Origin: Burkholderiales bacterium
Lineage (GTDB): Bacteria; Pseudomonadota; Gammaproteobacteria; Burkholderiales; Burkholderiaceae_C
DNA length: 40,415 nt
Direction of reading: 5' to 3'
NCBI GenBank assembly: GCA_044445225.1
Contig: JBIODO010000001.1
Coordinates: 1-40,415 of the forward strand
In this document: positions 1 through 8,544 of the stretch, piece by piece
Numbering within the stretch: position 1 is the first letter of the stretch
Layout: every line of letters begins with the position of its first letter
Made by a program: the position numbers and the translations under genes
The notes under the pieces: model-generated
Databases searched by the model: none
What the model was told of the DNA's origin: nothing
The model's input: only the letters and a program-made list of their open reading frames with translations

Positions 1-294
1 CCAGGGTTGCATCGCACGCGGGGACTCGAGCGCTTCGTCGGGTGCCGTCCAGTAGCTGAGCGTGACCGCCGCGCGGTCGCGCCGCGAATAGGCAAACGGC
101 TCGCAGCCGGCGCGCTCGAAGGCCGCGCGCGAGCTGTCGTCGGTCTTCATGAACAGGCGCTCGTCGGCGATCAGGGCCACGAACACGTCGTCGATGTACA
201 GGCCGTGGCCGCCGAACATGCGGCGCGCGCGCACCATGCCCAATGGGGCGAGCAGTTCCAGACAGTGCGACACGAATGGCGGCACGCTTGGCAT
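1..294 (-). CDS. TfoX N-terminal domain family protein (partial; C-terminus lies beyond the window edge)
   Basis: Absent from the ORF track because it runs off the edge. Reverse-strand translation from the ATG at 294-292 gives MPSVPPFVSHCLELLAPLGMVRARRMFGGHGLYIDDVFVALIADERLFMKTDDSSRAAFERAGCEPFAYS..., with no stop through position 1. The MFGGxGLY...F pattern is typical of the TfoX_N domain. Confidence 0.6.
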   Translation of the reverse strand, partial: MPSVPPFVSHCLELLAPLGMVRARRMFGGHGLYIDDVFVALIADERLFMKTDDSSRAAFERAGCEPFAYSRRDRAAVTLSYWTAPDEALESPRAMQPW

Positions 295-326
295 GAAGGC
301 AGTGTAGGGCGACGCTTCGCCGCGGC

Positions 327-950
327 TTGCTCGCGCGGCGGCACAATGCCGCCATGACGCTGCCGTTCTCGCTGCCGCTCGAGCCGTCGCGCGACAAGGT
401 GCTGCTGCGCCGACAGTTGCAGGCCGAGCGGCTGGCGATGGTGGATCGCCACCAGCGTGCGATGCACCTGCAGGAGGTGTTGCGGGTGTGGCTGCTGGCG
501 CGGCGCGACACCAGCATCGGCGCGTATTGGCCGATCAAGGGCGAATTCGACGCCTTGCCGGCGCTGTTCCGCTGGAGCGAGGCCGACGGCGAGCGGCGCA
601 TCGGCCTGCCGGTGATCGATCGCGACACGCGGCAGTTGCGCTTCCATGTGTGGTTTCCCGGTTGCCCGATGGAAGACGACGCCTTCGGCATCCCGAAACC
701 CAAGGGCACCGAGATGTTCGAGCCCACGCTGCTGCTCGTGCCGTGCGTGGGCTACGGCCCGAACGGCACGCGCCTGGGCTACGGCGGCGGCTTCTACGAC
801 CGTACGCTGGCGGCATTGCAACCGCGCCCGACGGCGGTGGGGGTGGGCTACGCGCACGGCTTCGTACCGTGGCTGACACCCGAGCCGCATGACATGCCGC
901 TCGACGCGATCCTCACCGAAGACGGTGTTGCCTGGGAGCGCGACGCCTGA
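327..950 (+). CDS. 5-formyltetrahydrofolate cyclo-ligase (MTHFS)
   Basis: 207-aa ORF with the family signature GYGGGFYDR and an upstream IGAYWPIKGE motif. The true start could be the second ATG at 354. Confidence 0.85.
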   Translation: MLARRHNAAMTLPFSLPLEPSRDKVLLRRQLQAERLAMVDRHQRAMHLQEVLRVWLLARRDTSIGAYWPIKGEFDALPALFRWSEADGERRIGLPVIDRDTRQLRFHVWFPGCPMEDDAFGIPKPKGTEMFEPTLLLVPCVGYGPNGTRLGYGGGFYDRTLAALQPRPTAVGVGYAHGFVPWLTPEPHDMPLDAILTEDGVAWERDA

Positions 951-1100
951 GTCGGACGCAGCCTGGCACCTGCGTGCCGGGCTGCACCCACGAAGGGGCT
1001 GGCGCATGCAGGCGCCGGCGCGGGCTGCAAGCCTGAGGCTTTCAATCGTCGCGGGCCACGTCAGGGACGACGTGCGTGGCGAACCCGGCAGTGCGCGCGT

Positions 1101-2009
1101 TCAGAGCGAGGCCAGCAGTTCCGGCCCCACGGGATGGTTCTGGCCGCCTCGGTGCGCGATCTTCAGCGAGCCGACGCGGTTGCCGAGCGCCACGCAGCGC
1201 TCGAGCGGCCACTGCTGCTGCAGGCCATAGAGCAACGCGCCGCGCAGCGCATCGCCGCAGCCGGTGGGGTCGACCACCGCGGCGGCGGACACGCCAGGCA
1301 CGTGGTGTTTGCGACCCTGCTGCCAGACTTCGCAACCCTGCGCAGCCAGCGTCACCACCACGCCACGCAGGTGAGAGTTCGACAGCGCCTGCAGCGTGGT
1401 GCCCATGCGCTCGCACAGCATCTTGGCTTCATAGTCGTTGAGCGCGATCCAGCTGGCCTGGCCGACCAGGCTGCGCAGCGCATCACCATCGAACATCGGC
1501 AACTGCTGGCCGGGGTCGAACACGAACGGGATGCGCAACGCGTGCAGCTGTTGCGCGTTTTGCAGCATCGCATCGCGGCCATCCGGCGCAATGATCGCCA
1601 GCTCGATGCCCTTGTCGCCTGGCACCGACGTGGCGTGCGCCAGTTGCATCGCGCCGGGATGGAACGCGGTGATCTGGTTGTTGTCGGTGTCGCTGATGAT
1701 GATGGCCTGCGCGGTGTAGGTGTCGGCGGCTACGTGCACGAGCGAGGTGTCCAAGCCCCAGCCGCGCATGCGGGCTAGGTAGTCTTGGCCATCATTGCCG
1801 AGCGCCGCCTTGACCATCGGCGTGCCGCCCAGATGCTTGAGCGTGTAGGCGATGTTGCCGGCGCAGCCGCCGAACTCGCGGCGCAACGTGGGCACCAGGA
1901 ACGAGACGTTCAGGATGTGCACTTGATCGGGCAGGATCTGCTGCGCGAAGCGGCCCGGAAAGTCGGCGATGGTGTCGAAAGCCAGCGAGCCACAGATCAA
2001 AACGGACAT
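1101..2009 (-). CDS. PfkB-family carbohydrate/nucleoside kinase (adenosine-kinase-like)
   Basis: 302 aa. N-terminal GSLAFD...GGCAGNIAY motif and C-terminal DPTGCGDALRGALLYG anion-hole motif, both typical of the PfkB/ribokinase fold. Confidence 0.8.
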   Translation of the reverse strand: MSVLICGSLAFDTIADFPGRFAQQILPDQVHILNVSFLVPTLRREFGGCAGNIAYTLKHLGGTPMVKAALGNDGQDYLARMRGWGLDTSLVHVAADTYTAQAIIISDTDNNQITAFHPGAMQLAHATSVPGDKGIELAIIAPDGRDAMLQNAQQLHALRIPFVFDPGQQLPMFDGDALRSLVGQASWIALNDYEAKMLCERMGTTLQALSNSHLRGVVVTLAAQGCEVWQQGRKHHVPGVSAAAVVDPTGCGDALRGALLYGLQQQWPLERCVALGNRVGSLKIAHRGGQNHPVGPELLASL

Positions 2010-2028
2010 GTCACTCCCAAGGGGTGCT

Positions 2029-3507
2029 TCAGGGGTAGAAGATCTCGATCGTGTAGCCGGTCAGCGTGCGGTCGGCCGACATCAGCAGGGCCTGCAACGG
2101 CAACTCCTGGCCGGCGGCAATGGTGTTGCGCGCGGTACCGAGGTCGGTGGCGCTCAACATGCGGCGCGTCACCAGCACGCCGGCCGCGTCGGTGAGCGAG
2201 AGGTCGATCGAGGGCATCAGCAACGGCATGTCGCTGCGGTTGCGAAGCACCAGCACCAGGCGATAGACCGGGCCGTCATCGATGCGCGTCAAGCCGCTGC
2301 TGTCGACGCCGAGTTGGTCGATGCGGCGCAACGGTTCGATGCGGCAGTCCAGCAGCGCACACACCGATTGCACCAGCGAGCGCGACCCTGGCCACTGCGC
2401 GACCACGGCGTCGCGTTGCGCGACCAGCAACTGCGCCGCCAGCAGCACGGCCAGCGCCAGCGCCGCCAGCGCCAACACCGCGCGCACCCCGGGCCGCTGC
2501 CAACGTTCGGCGCGCTCAGCCTGCTGCACGAAGGTGAGCAGGCGCGAGTCGACGGCATCGTCGGGGTCGAGCGAGGCGGGTTCGACGTCACCACCGTCGA
2601 GCATGATGTCGACGTCGTCCACCGCGGTGGCGGGCTCTGCCATCTCGCCGTCGCTTCGAAACAGCGCCTCGAACGATTCTTCTTGCTCGGCGGGATCGGG
2701 CTCGGGGGCTGTGCCCGGCACGGGAGCCGGCACATCGCGGATCGCGAGTTCGGGCTCGGCGCGGGCGGCTTTGGCCGGCACAGGTTGCGGCGGCGGTACC
2801 GGTGCGGCGGCCGCGACCGCTGCCAATGGCGCCACCGGCGGCACCATGGTCGGCATGGCTGCCGTGGGCGTGGCTGCAGTCGGTTTCACCGCCGGTGTGG
2901 CTGCCGTGATGGACGGCCGGCCGGCTTCGGCTCGCAAGGCGGGCTTCGCTGCAACGATCTCACGGGGTGGCGGAATCGTCGCGCCGTCGTCCTTGCCGGG
3001 CGCCACGGGTTCGCGGGCCGTTCGCGGCGCAAACGGCGTCGGCTCCCTGGGTACTGCGCCGATCGCTGGGGTCGGCGCGGCGGCGCGGGTTGCTGGCACG
3101 GGCGGCGCGATCGGCGTGGGCGGCGTCGCCGGTGTCGGCGCCGGCGCGGGCGCGGGCGGGCGTTGAAAGGACACGTGCGGCACCGTGCCCGCCACCGCCG
3201 GCCGGGTGGCGGGCGAGGGGACTGGCTGAGAGATTTCGCGCGTGCTGGAGTCGCCACCGAAGTCGTCCTCCCAGGGCGACGGCGGCTTGGGCTGGCGATT
3301 GCGGGTGGCGAGATCCTCCAGCACCTTTTGCGACGGTGTGGGCGAGCGCAGCGCCGGAAACTCGCGCTCGAGGTCGAACAGGCCCTCGAAGGCGTTGAAT
3401 ACCTTGGCGCAGCGACCACAGCGCACCCAGCCCTCGGACACCTTGAGCTGATCCTGCACGACACGGAACACCGTTTGGCAGACGGGGCAGCGTGTGGCCA
3501 GGCTCAT
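2029..3507 (-). CDS. MJ0042-type zinc-ribbon protein with a Pro/Ala-rich linker, one TM helix and a DUF3426-like C-terminal domain
   Basis: The N-terminus (MSLATRCPVCQTVFRVVQDQLKVSEGWVRCGRCAKVFNA) has two CxxC pairs. It is followed by roughly 250 aa of P/A/T-rich low complexity, then a hydrophobic helix (AVLALAALALAVLLAAQLLV) and a C-terminal beta-rich domain. Confidence 0.75.
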   Translation of the reverse strand: MSLATRCPVCQTVFRVVQDQLKVSEGWVRCGRCAKVFNAFEGLFDLEREFPALRSPTPSQKVLEDLATRNRQPKPPSPWEDDFGGDSSTREISQPVPSPATRPAVAGTVPHVSFQRPPAPAPAPTPATPPTPIAPPVPATRAAAPTPAIGAVPREPTPFAPRTAREPVAPGKDDGATIPPPREIVAAKPALRAEAGRPSITAATPAVKPTAATPTAAMPTMVPPVAPLAAVAAAAPVPPPQPVPAKAARAEPELAIRDVPAPVPGTAPEPDPAEQEESFEALFRSDGEMAEPATAVDDVDIMLDGGDVEPASLDPDDAVDSRLLTFVQQAERAERWQRPGVRAVLALAALALAVLLAAQLLVAQRDAVVAQWPGSRSLVQSVCALLDCRIEPLRRIDQLGVDSSGLTRIDDGPVYRLVLVLRNRSDMPLLMPSIDLSLTDAAGVLVTRRMLSATDLGTARNTIAAGQELPLQALLMSADRTLTGYTIEIFYP

Positions 3508-3541
3508 GCGGAAATCATGCCACGCACTTTGCGTGCGGCCG

Positions 3542-4456
3542 TCAGGCGCGACGCTGCGCGTGCATCAGGATCCAGCCGTCGCTTGTGTCGGCCACGTTCA
3601 ACGCGAGCCAGGGCGCGTACGCTTGCGCCAGCTCGTCGGCCTGGCGTTCCAGGATGCCCGACAGCACCAGCTGACCGGCAGCGGCCACGTGTGCGCACAG
3701 CACCGGCGCCAGCAGCTTGAGGGGCGTGGCGAGGATGTTGGCCAGCACCAGGTCGTAGGCACCGTGCGCGATATCGGGATGTCCGATGCGCAGGTCCACG
3801 CCGTTGGCGGCGGCGTTGGCGCGTGCCGCGTCGACCGCCGCAGCATCGATGTCGACCGCCTCGATGCCGCGCGCGCCATGCAGTGCGGCGGCGATCGCCA
3901 ACACGCCGGAGCCACACCCGTAGTCGAGCGTGCGTTGCCAAGATGGCGCGAGATCACCGGCTTGGCGCGCGATCCAGCGCAGGCACATGTGGGTGGTGGG
4001 ATGTGTGCCGGTGCCAAAGGCGAGGCCCGGATCCAGGCGAATCGCGCGTGTGGCCGCGGCGGGCACCCGGTGCCAGCTCGGCACGATCCAGAAGTGATCG
4101 GTGATGGCCACCGGCTCGAACTGCGACTGCGTCAAGCGCACCCAGTCCTGCTCGGCGACCTCGCGCATCACCTCGATGCGCAGGCTGGGATCGTCGCCAT
4201 ACTGCCCGCGCAGGTGGACCGCGGCGGCGCGAGCCGACGACTCGTCGCTGAACAGCGCCACCACCCGTGAGCGCTGCCAGGCCGTGCGCGCGGCCGGCAT
4301 GCCCGGCTCGCCGAACAAAGCCTGCTCGTGGGCGGCCGCGGCGTCGGCGTCTTCCACCGATGCCGACAGCGCCCGGCACGACTCGATCAACTCGTCGGTC
4401 AGCGTCTCGACCACCGGCTCGTCGGCCAACAACACCAGTTCGAACACCGCCGGCAC
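3542..4456 (-). CDS. prmA: ribosomal protein L11 methyltransferase
   Basis: 304 aa with the SAM-binding motif LDYGCGSGVLAIAA. It sits in the conserved position directly downstream of accB-accC. Confidence 0.9.
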   Translation of the reverse strand: MPAVFELVLLADEPVVETLTDELIESCRALSASVEDADAAAAHEQALFGEPGMPAARTAWQRSRVVALFSDESSARAAAVHLRGQYGDDPSLRIEVMREVAEQDWVRLTQSQFEPVAITDHFWIVPSWHRVPAAATRAIRLDPGLAFGTGTHPTTHMCLRWIARQAGDLAPSWQRTLDYGCGSGVLAIAAALHGARGIEAVDIDAAAVDAARANAAANGVDLRIGHPDIAHGAYDLVLANILATPLKLLAPVLCAHVAAAGQLVLSGILERQADELAQAYAPWLALNVADTSDGWILMHAQRRA

Positions 4457-4466
4457 CCCAGTGAGG

Positions 4467-5816
4467 TCAGCGCTTGCGCTGCGACAGCCAGTGCTCGAGG
4501 TAGTGGATGTTGGTGCCGCCCTCGATGAACTTGGCGTCCGCCATCAACTCGCGGTGCAACGCTATGTTGGTGTGGATGCCCTCGACCACCGTTTCCGACA
4601 GCGCGGTGCGCATCCGCGCCAACGCCTGCTCGCGCGTGTCGCCATGCACGATGATCTTGCCGATCATCGAGTCGTAGTTGGGCGGTACCAGGTAGTTCGC
4701 GTAGGCGTGCGAATCCACGCGCACGCCGGGGCCGCCCGGCGGGTGCCACACGGTGATGCGGCCGGGTGAGGGCGTGAACTTGTACGGATCCTCGGCATTG
4801 ATGCGGCATTCGATCGCATGGCCGCGCATCTGGATCTGGCGCTGCGTGAACGGCAGCTTCTCACCGGCGGCAATGCGGATCTGTGCCTGCACGATGTCGA
4901 TGCCGGTGACGAATTCGGTGACCGGGTGCTCAACCTGCACCCGCGTGTTCATCTCGATGAAGTAGAACTCGCCGTCCTCGTACAGGAACTCGAAGGTGCC
5001 GGCGCCGCGATAGCCCATCTTCTTGCAGGCAGCGGCGCAGCGGTCGCCAATGCGCTCGATGGCGCGGCGCGCGATGCCGGGCGCCGGCGCCTCTTCGATG
5101 ATCTTCTGGTGCCGACGCTGCATCGAACAATCGCGTTCGCCGAGCCACACGGCATTTTTTTGCGTGTCGGCCAACACCTGGATCTCCACGTGGCGCGGGC
5201 GCTCGAGGAACTTCTCCATGTAGACCGCCGCATTGCCGAAGGCGGCCTGCGCTTCGCCGCGCGTGGTTGCCACCGCGTGCACCAGCGCCGCCTCGGTGTG
5301 CACCACCCGCATGCCGCGGCCGCCGCCGCCGCCCGAGGCTTTGATGATCACCGGGTAGCCGATGGTGCGCGCGATGCGGATCACTTCCTTGGGGTCGTCG
5401 GGCAGTGCACCTTCGGAGCCCGGCACGCACGGCACGCCGGCCTTGGTCATCGTCTGCTTGGCAGTGACCTTGTCGCCCATCATGCGGATCGCATCGGGTG
5501 TAGGCCCGATGAACACGAAGCCGCTACGCTCCACCCGCTCGGCAAAGTCGGCGTTTTCCGACAGGAAGCCGTAGCCGGGGTGGATCGCTTCGGCGTCGGT
5601 CACCTCGGCGGTGGCGATGATGGCCGGCATGTTGAGGTAGCTCTGTGCCGATGGGGCCGGCCCGATGCACACCGCCTCGTCGGCCAGCTTCACGTACTTG
5701 GCATCGCGGTCGGCCTGCGAGTAGACGACCACCGACTGGATGCCCATCTCGCGGCACGCGCGCTGGATGCGCAGGGCGATCTCCCCGCGGTTCGCGATCA
5801 GGATTTTCTTGAACAT
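4467..5816 (-). CDS. accC: acetyl-CoA carboxylase, biotin carboxylase subunit
   Basis: 449 aa. [17 protein letters not shown] start, ATP-grasp motifs ([24 protein letters not shown]); full-length similarity to AccC. Confidence 0.97.
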   Translation of the reverse strand: MFKKILIANRGEIALRIQRACREMGIQSVVVYSQADRDAKYVKLADEAVCIGPAPSAQSYLNMPAIIATAEVTDAEAIHPGYGFLSENADFAERVERSGFVFIGPTPDAIRMMGDKVTAKQTMTKAGVPCVPGSEGALPDDPKEVIRIARTIGYPVIIKASGGGGGRGMRVVHTEAALVHAVATTRGEAQAAFGNAAVYMEKFLERPRHVEIQVLADTQKNAVWLGERDCSMQRRHQKIIEEAPAPGIARRAIERIGDRCAAACKKMGYRGAGTFEFLYEDGEFYFIEMNTRVQVEHPVTEFVTGIDIVQAQIRIAAGEKLPFTQRQIQMRGHAIECRINAEDPYKFTPSPGRITVWHPPGGPGVRVDSHAYANYLVPPNYDSMIGKIIVHGDTREQALARMRTALSETVVEGIHTNIALHRELMADAKFIEGGTNIHYLEHWLSQRKR

Positions 5817-5856
5817 GGGCCCTAAGCTCGATCACTCCGGCGCAGCGCGCCGGCGC

Positions 5857-6345
5857 TCACTCGATGACCAACAGCGGCTGATCGAACTCGACCGCCTGAC
5901 CGTTCTCGACCAGGATCTTGGTGATCGTGCCGGCTTTGTCGGCGTCGATCTCGTTCATGATCTTCATCGCTTCGATGATGCAGATCGGGTCACCTTCCTT
6001 GACCGCCTGGCCGACCTCGACCAGCGGTTTGGCGCCGGGGCTCGACGACCGGTAGAAGGTACCCACCATCGGCGAGCGGATCACGTGGCCGGTTTCCGGT
6101 GCTGCCGCGGCCGGCGCAGCCATCTGCTGGGCCGGCGCAAGACCGCTTGCGGGCGCAGCGGCCATTGAAGGCGCCAGAACCGGTGCTGCCAGCGTTGGGT
6201 TTGCAACCCAGGTGCCGGCGGGACGGGCCAAGCCAGGGTCGGCCTTGACGATGCGCACCTTGCCTTCGGCCTCGGTGATTTCGAGTTCGGAGATGTTGGA
6301 CTCGGACACCAGATCGACCAGCGTCTTCAGCTTGCGCAGATCCAT
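5857..6345 (-). CDS. accB: acetyl-CoA carboxylase biotin carboxyl carrier protein
   Basis: Biotinylation motif EAMKIMNEI, an Ala/Pro-rich linker, and an [14 protein letters not shown]-terminus. Start placed at the ATG at 6345, preceded by GGAGGAA. The 179-aa track ORF extends further upstream without support. Confidence 0.93.
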   Translation of the reverse strand: MDLRKLKTLVDLVSESNISELEITEAEGKVRIVKADPGLARPAGTWVANPTLAAPVLAPSMAAAPASGLAPAQQMAAPAAAAPETGHVIRSPMVGTFYRSSSPGAKPLVEVGQAVKEGDPICIIEAMKIMNEIDADKAGTITKILVENGQAVEFDQPLLVIE

Positions 6346-6401
6346 GTATGTTCCTCCAGCGGCTCGGCACACCGCCGCGACAGCACCAGCCCCCAAAGCT
6401 G

Positions 6402-6416
6402 CTTATTGATCTTATT
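6402..6416. promoter_or_regulatory. AT-rich direct repeat CTTATT-gat-CTTATT in the accB upstream region (candidate promoter or operator element)
   Basis: This is the only strongly AT-rich patch in the 282-bp non-coding gap 6346-6627. On the coding (minus) strand it reads AATAAG-atc-AATAAG, about 55-70 nt upstream of the accB ATG. Confidence 0.3.
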
Positions 6417-6627
6417 AACCGCTAAGCCTCGACAATCTTCGCTTCCGAGCGCGTCAACAAAGGCGAGGCCATGTTGCACGTGGCGCGCGCGGGGCGCGCA
6501 TCGATCTCGGTGAGGCAAGCTTGCGATGAGGCCGCGCGGGGCCGGACTCTAGCCGATTTCGCAGCAGTTCAAGACCGATCGACCAAAATAAAGCGCTCAA
6601 ACAGACGACAAGGCTGATCCAGGCGAA

Positions 6628-7173
6628 CTAGTGCCCATTGGCAGCCTCGGACGCCCACTGCACGAGTTCGTCGTAGTGCGACTCGCCAAGGCGGCGCTGC
6701 CGAACGCGGCCGCGGGCGTCGAGTACCACACTGAATGGCAACGCCCCGGCCGTATTGCCGATCGCTCGCTGCCATTCGATGCCGTCGATCCCTGCCATGG
6801 CCACCGGCAAGTCGAGCTTGAAGCGGGCGATGAACTCGAGCACCGGCACTGGCTGATCGACGGCCAGCGCAATGACCTTCCAGCCTTTCGCGGCATGCTC
6901 GCCTGCGAACCGCTGCAGGGCTGGCAACTCGCGCACGCATGGGACACACCAGGTGGCCCAAAAGTTAATGACCAGGGGCTGGCCGCGGAAGTCAGCCATC
7001 GCCAACTGGCCGCCCTCAGGCCTGTCGAATCGCAGTGACCACAGCGCGTCGGCGGCACGCTCTGTGGCCTGCGCAGCCAAGCCGGCACGCCACCACGCCA
7101 CGGCGCCGCCCGCGACAGCGGCCGTGACACCCACCGCTGCGCCGATGACGACGCCCCGTCGGCTGCCGGTCAT
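6628..7173 (-). CDS. TlpA-like thioredoxin-fold thiol:disulfide oxidoreductase (membrane-anchored or exported)
   Basis: 181 aa with the WATWCVPC redox motif. N-terminal SRRGVVIGAAVGVTAAVAGGAVAWW anchor or signal sequence. Confidence 0.85.
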   Translation of the reverse strand: MTGSRRGVVIGAAVGVTAAVAGGAVAWWRAGLAAQATERAADALWSLRFDRPEGGQLAMADFRGQPLVINFWATWCVPCVRELPALQRFAGEHAAKGWKVIALAVDQPVPVLEFIARFKLDLPVAMAGIDGIEWQRAIGNTAGALPFSVVLDARGRVRQRRLGESHYDELVQWASEAANGH

Positions 7174-7757
7174 GGCGCCTCGACCTGCATCAGGCGCTGC
7201 AGCGCCGGCATGTCGCCGCGCCAGGTGCGGCCTCGCGTGTCGGGCTTGAGGCCGCCACGCAGGTCATCGCGGTCGAGCACATGCAAGAACAGCGACACCG
7301 AATCGCGTAACTCCTGGCTGGGCACCTCGACGCGTAGCAGGTCGGGTCCGTCGGGCGGGCCGACTGCCTCGAAGCGGATGTTGCGGTCGAGCAATCCGAT
7401 TTCGGCGGTTTTGGGGTCGTCGCAGTAGAGCTCGATGTGGACCGTCGATCGCCGGGTGGCGGTGCCGCGCCAGACGGCGCCGGTGAGGTGCGGTCGAAAC
7501 TCCGACAGGCGCTGCATCCAAGTCAGAGCAAGACGGCGCAGCGATTCGAGTTCGCTCGGCTGGGTGTCAGCCTGGAACAGCGCGAGGTACTCGCGCACCT
7601 CGTCTTCCACCGCTTCGTTGCTCGGCAATTCGGCCCGCCGGCTGCCGCGCCGCTCCAAATCGCGGGCAGCCTTTCGCTTGGCGGCGCCGTACTCGAGGCC
7701 GTCATCGACCACCAGCCTGGCCGCCGCCTGCGCAATGGTTTCCGGGCCCCCGCTCAT
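7170..7757 (-). CDS. conserved hypothetical protein (degenerate minimal-nucleotidyltransferase-like motif)
   Basis: 195-aa ORF. Its TGA overlaps the ATG of the TlpA-like gene (ATGA at 7170-7173). No assignable family by eye. The segment LTGAVWRGTATRRSTVHIELY resembles the GSxxRGxATxxSDIDL motif of minimal NTases but with altered carboxylates. Confidence 0.6.
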   Translation of the reverse strand: MSGGPETIAQAAARLVVDDGLEYGAAKRKAARDLERRGSRRAELPSNEAVEDEVREYLALFQADTQPSELESLRRLALTWMQRLSEFRPHLTGAVWRGTATRRSTVHIELYCDDPKTAEIGLLDRNIRFEAVGPPDGPDLLRVEVPSQELRDSVSLFLHVLDRDDLRGGLKPDTRGRTWRGDMPALQRLMQVEAP

Positions 7758-7806
7758 GCCCGCATTCTAGGAAGCACGTGATCCGCCCGGTCTTTTGGGA
7801 CGTTTC

Positions 7807-8544
7807 TCAGGGCAACTCGACATCGCCCATGCGCGCCGCGATGGTGGCCGCCCGACCGCTGACGTAGGCCGAGCCGGGGTTGCGCTCGAAGCGCTTGGGC
7901 GCTGGCAACAGCACGGCCAGATGGGCGGCGGCCATCGGCGTCAGGCGCGACGCGTCGGCGCGGTGGTAGTGGAGGGCTGCCGCCTGCGCACCGAACACAC
8001 CCTCGCCCCATTCGACGCTGTTGAGGTAGATCTCGAGGATGCGGCGCTTGTCGAGCAGGGCCTCGAGCGTCCAGGTCAGCACGAACTCTTGCGCCTTGCG
8101 CGGCAGCGTGCGCTCGCCGGTCAGAAACAGGTTCTTCGCCAGTTGCTGCGTGATGGTCGATCCACCCACCAACTTGACCGGGCGCTGGCGGGCGCCGGGG
8201 GTGGCTGCACGGCGCTCAGTGATCGACTGCACCCGCTGGTTGCGCTCCCACGCTCGCTCGATGGCGTCCCACTCGACGCCGCTGTGCTCAACGAAGCCGG
8301 CATCCTCGCTGGCGATCACGGCTCGCTTCAGCGTCTCGGCGATCTGACCGCCATCCACCCACTGCTGGCTCCAGGTGAGGTGCGCGCCGCGCTCGTGCCG
8401 CAGACGCCACCACTCGCTGCGCTGAAAGGTGGTCGATTGCGGATCGACCCATCGCATCAGCGCCACGCGGGCGACGAAGAAGATCTGCAGGCTGGTCACC
8501 GCCACCAGCAGCAGGGCCAGCAGGCGAGCCAGCTGCCGCATCAC
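7807..8544 (-). CDS. mtgA: monofunctional biosynthetic peptidoglycan transglycosylase
   Basis: 245 aa. GT51 motifs EDAGFVEHSGVEWDAI and GGSTITQQLAKN, plus an N-terminal membrane anchor. Confidence 0.92.
   Translation of the reverse strand: MMRQLARLLALLLVAVTSLQIFFVARVALMRWVDPQSTTFQRSEWWRLRHERGAHLTWSQQWVDGGQIAETLKRAVIASEDAGFVEHSGVEWDAIERAWERNQRVQSITERRAATPGARQRPVKLVGGSTITQQLAKNLFLTGERTLPRKAQEFVLTWTLEALLDKRRILEIYLNSVEWGEGVFGAQAAALHYHRADASRLTPMAAAHLAVLLPAPKRFERNPGSAYVSGRAATIAARMGDVELP

Noticed and set aside
951-1100. GC-rich imperfect hairpins (for example CACGTC-agggac-GACGTG at 1057-1074) between the convergent MTHFS and PfkB kinase genes, as possible terminators.
   Set aside because: The stems are short (6 bp), no U-tract follows on either strand, and comparable hairpins occur by chance in DNA of this composition. 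This is too weak to annotate.
2700-3300. Repetitive GC-rich DNA that could be taken for a tandem repeat or array. The same pattern occurs at 23570-23720 and 25170-25270.
   Set aside because: The repeats are imperfect and in frame. They encode Pro/Ala-rich linkers of the zinc-ribbon/DUF3426 protein and of ChpA. There is no spacer/repeat periodicity of the CRISPR type.
6346-6627. A possible aroQ pseudogene remnant, tRNA or small ORF (63-aa ORF 6327-6518) in the accB upstream gap.
   Set aside because: Translating the minus strand in all frames gave nothing resembling type II dehydroquinase motifs. I saw no tRNA-like T-loop or acceptor features. The 63-aa ORF overlaps the accB start and has no RBS or recognisable motif.
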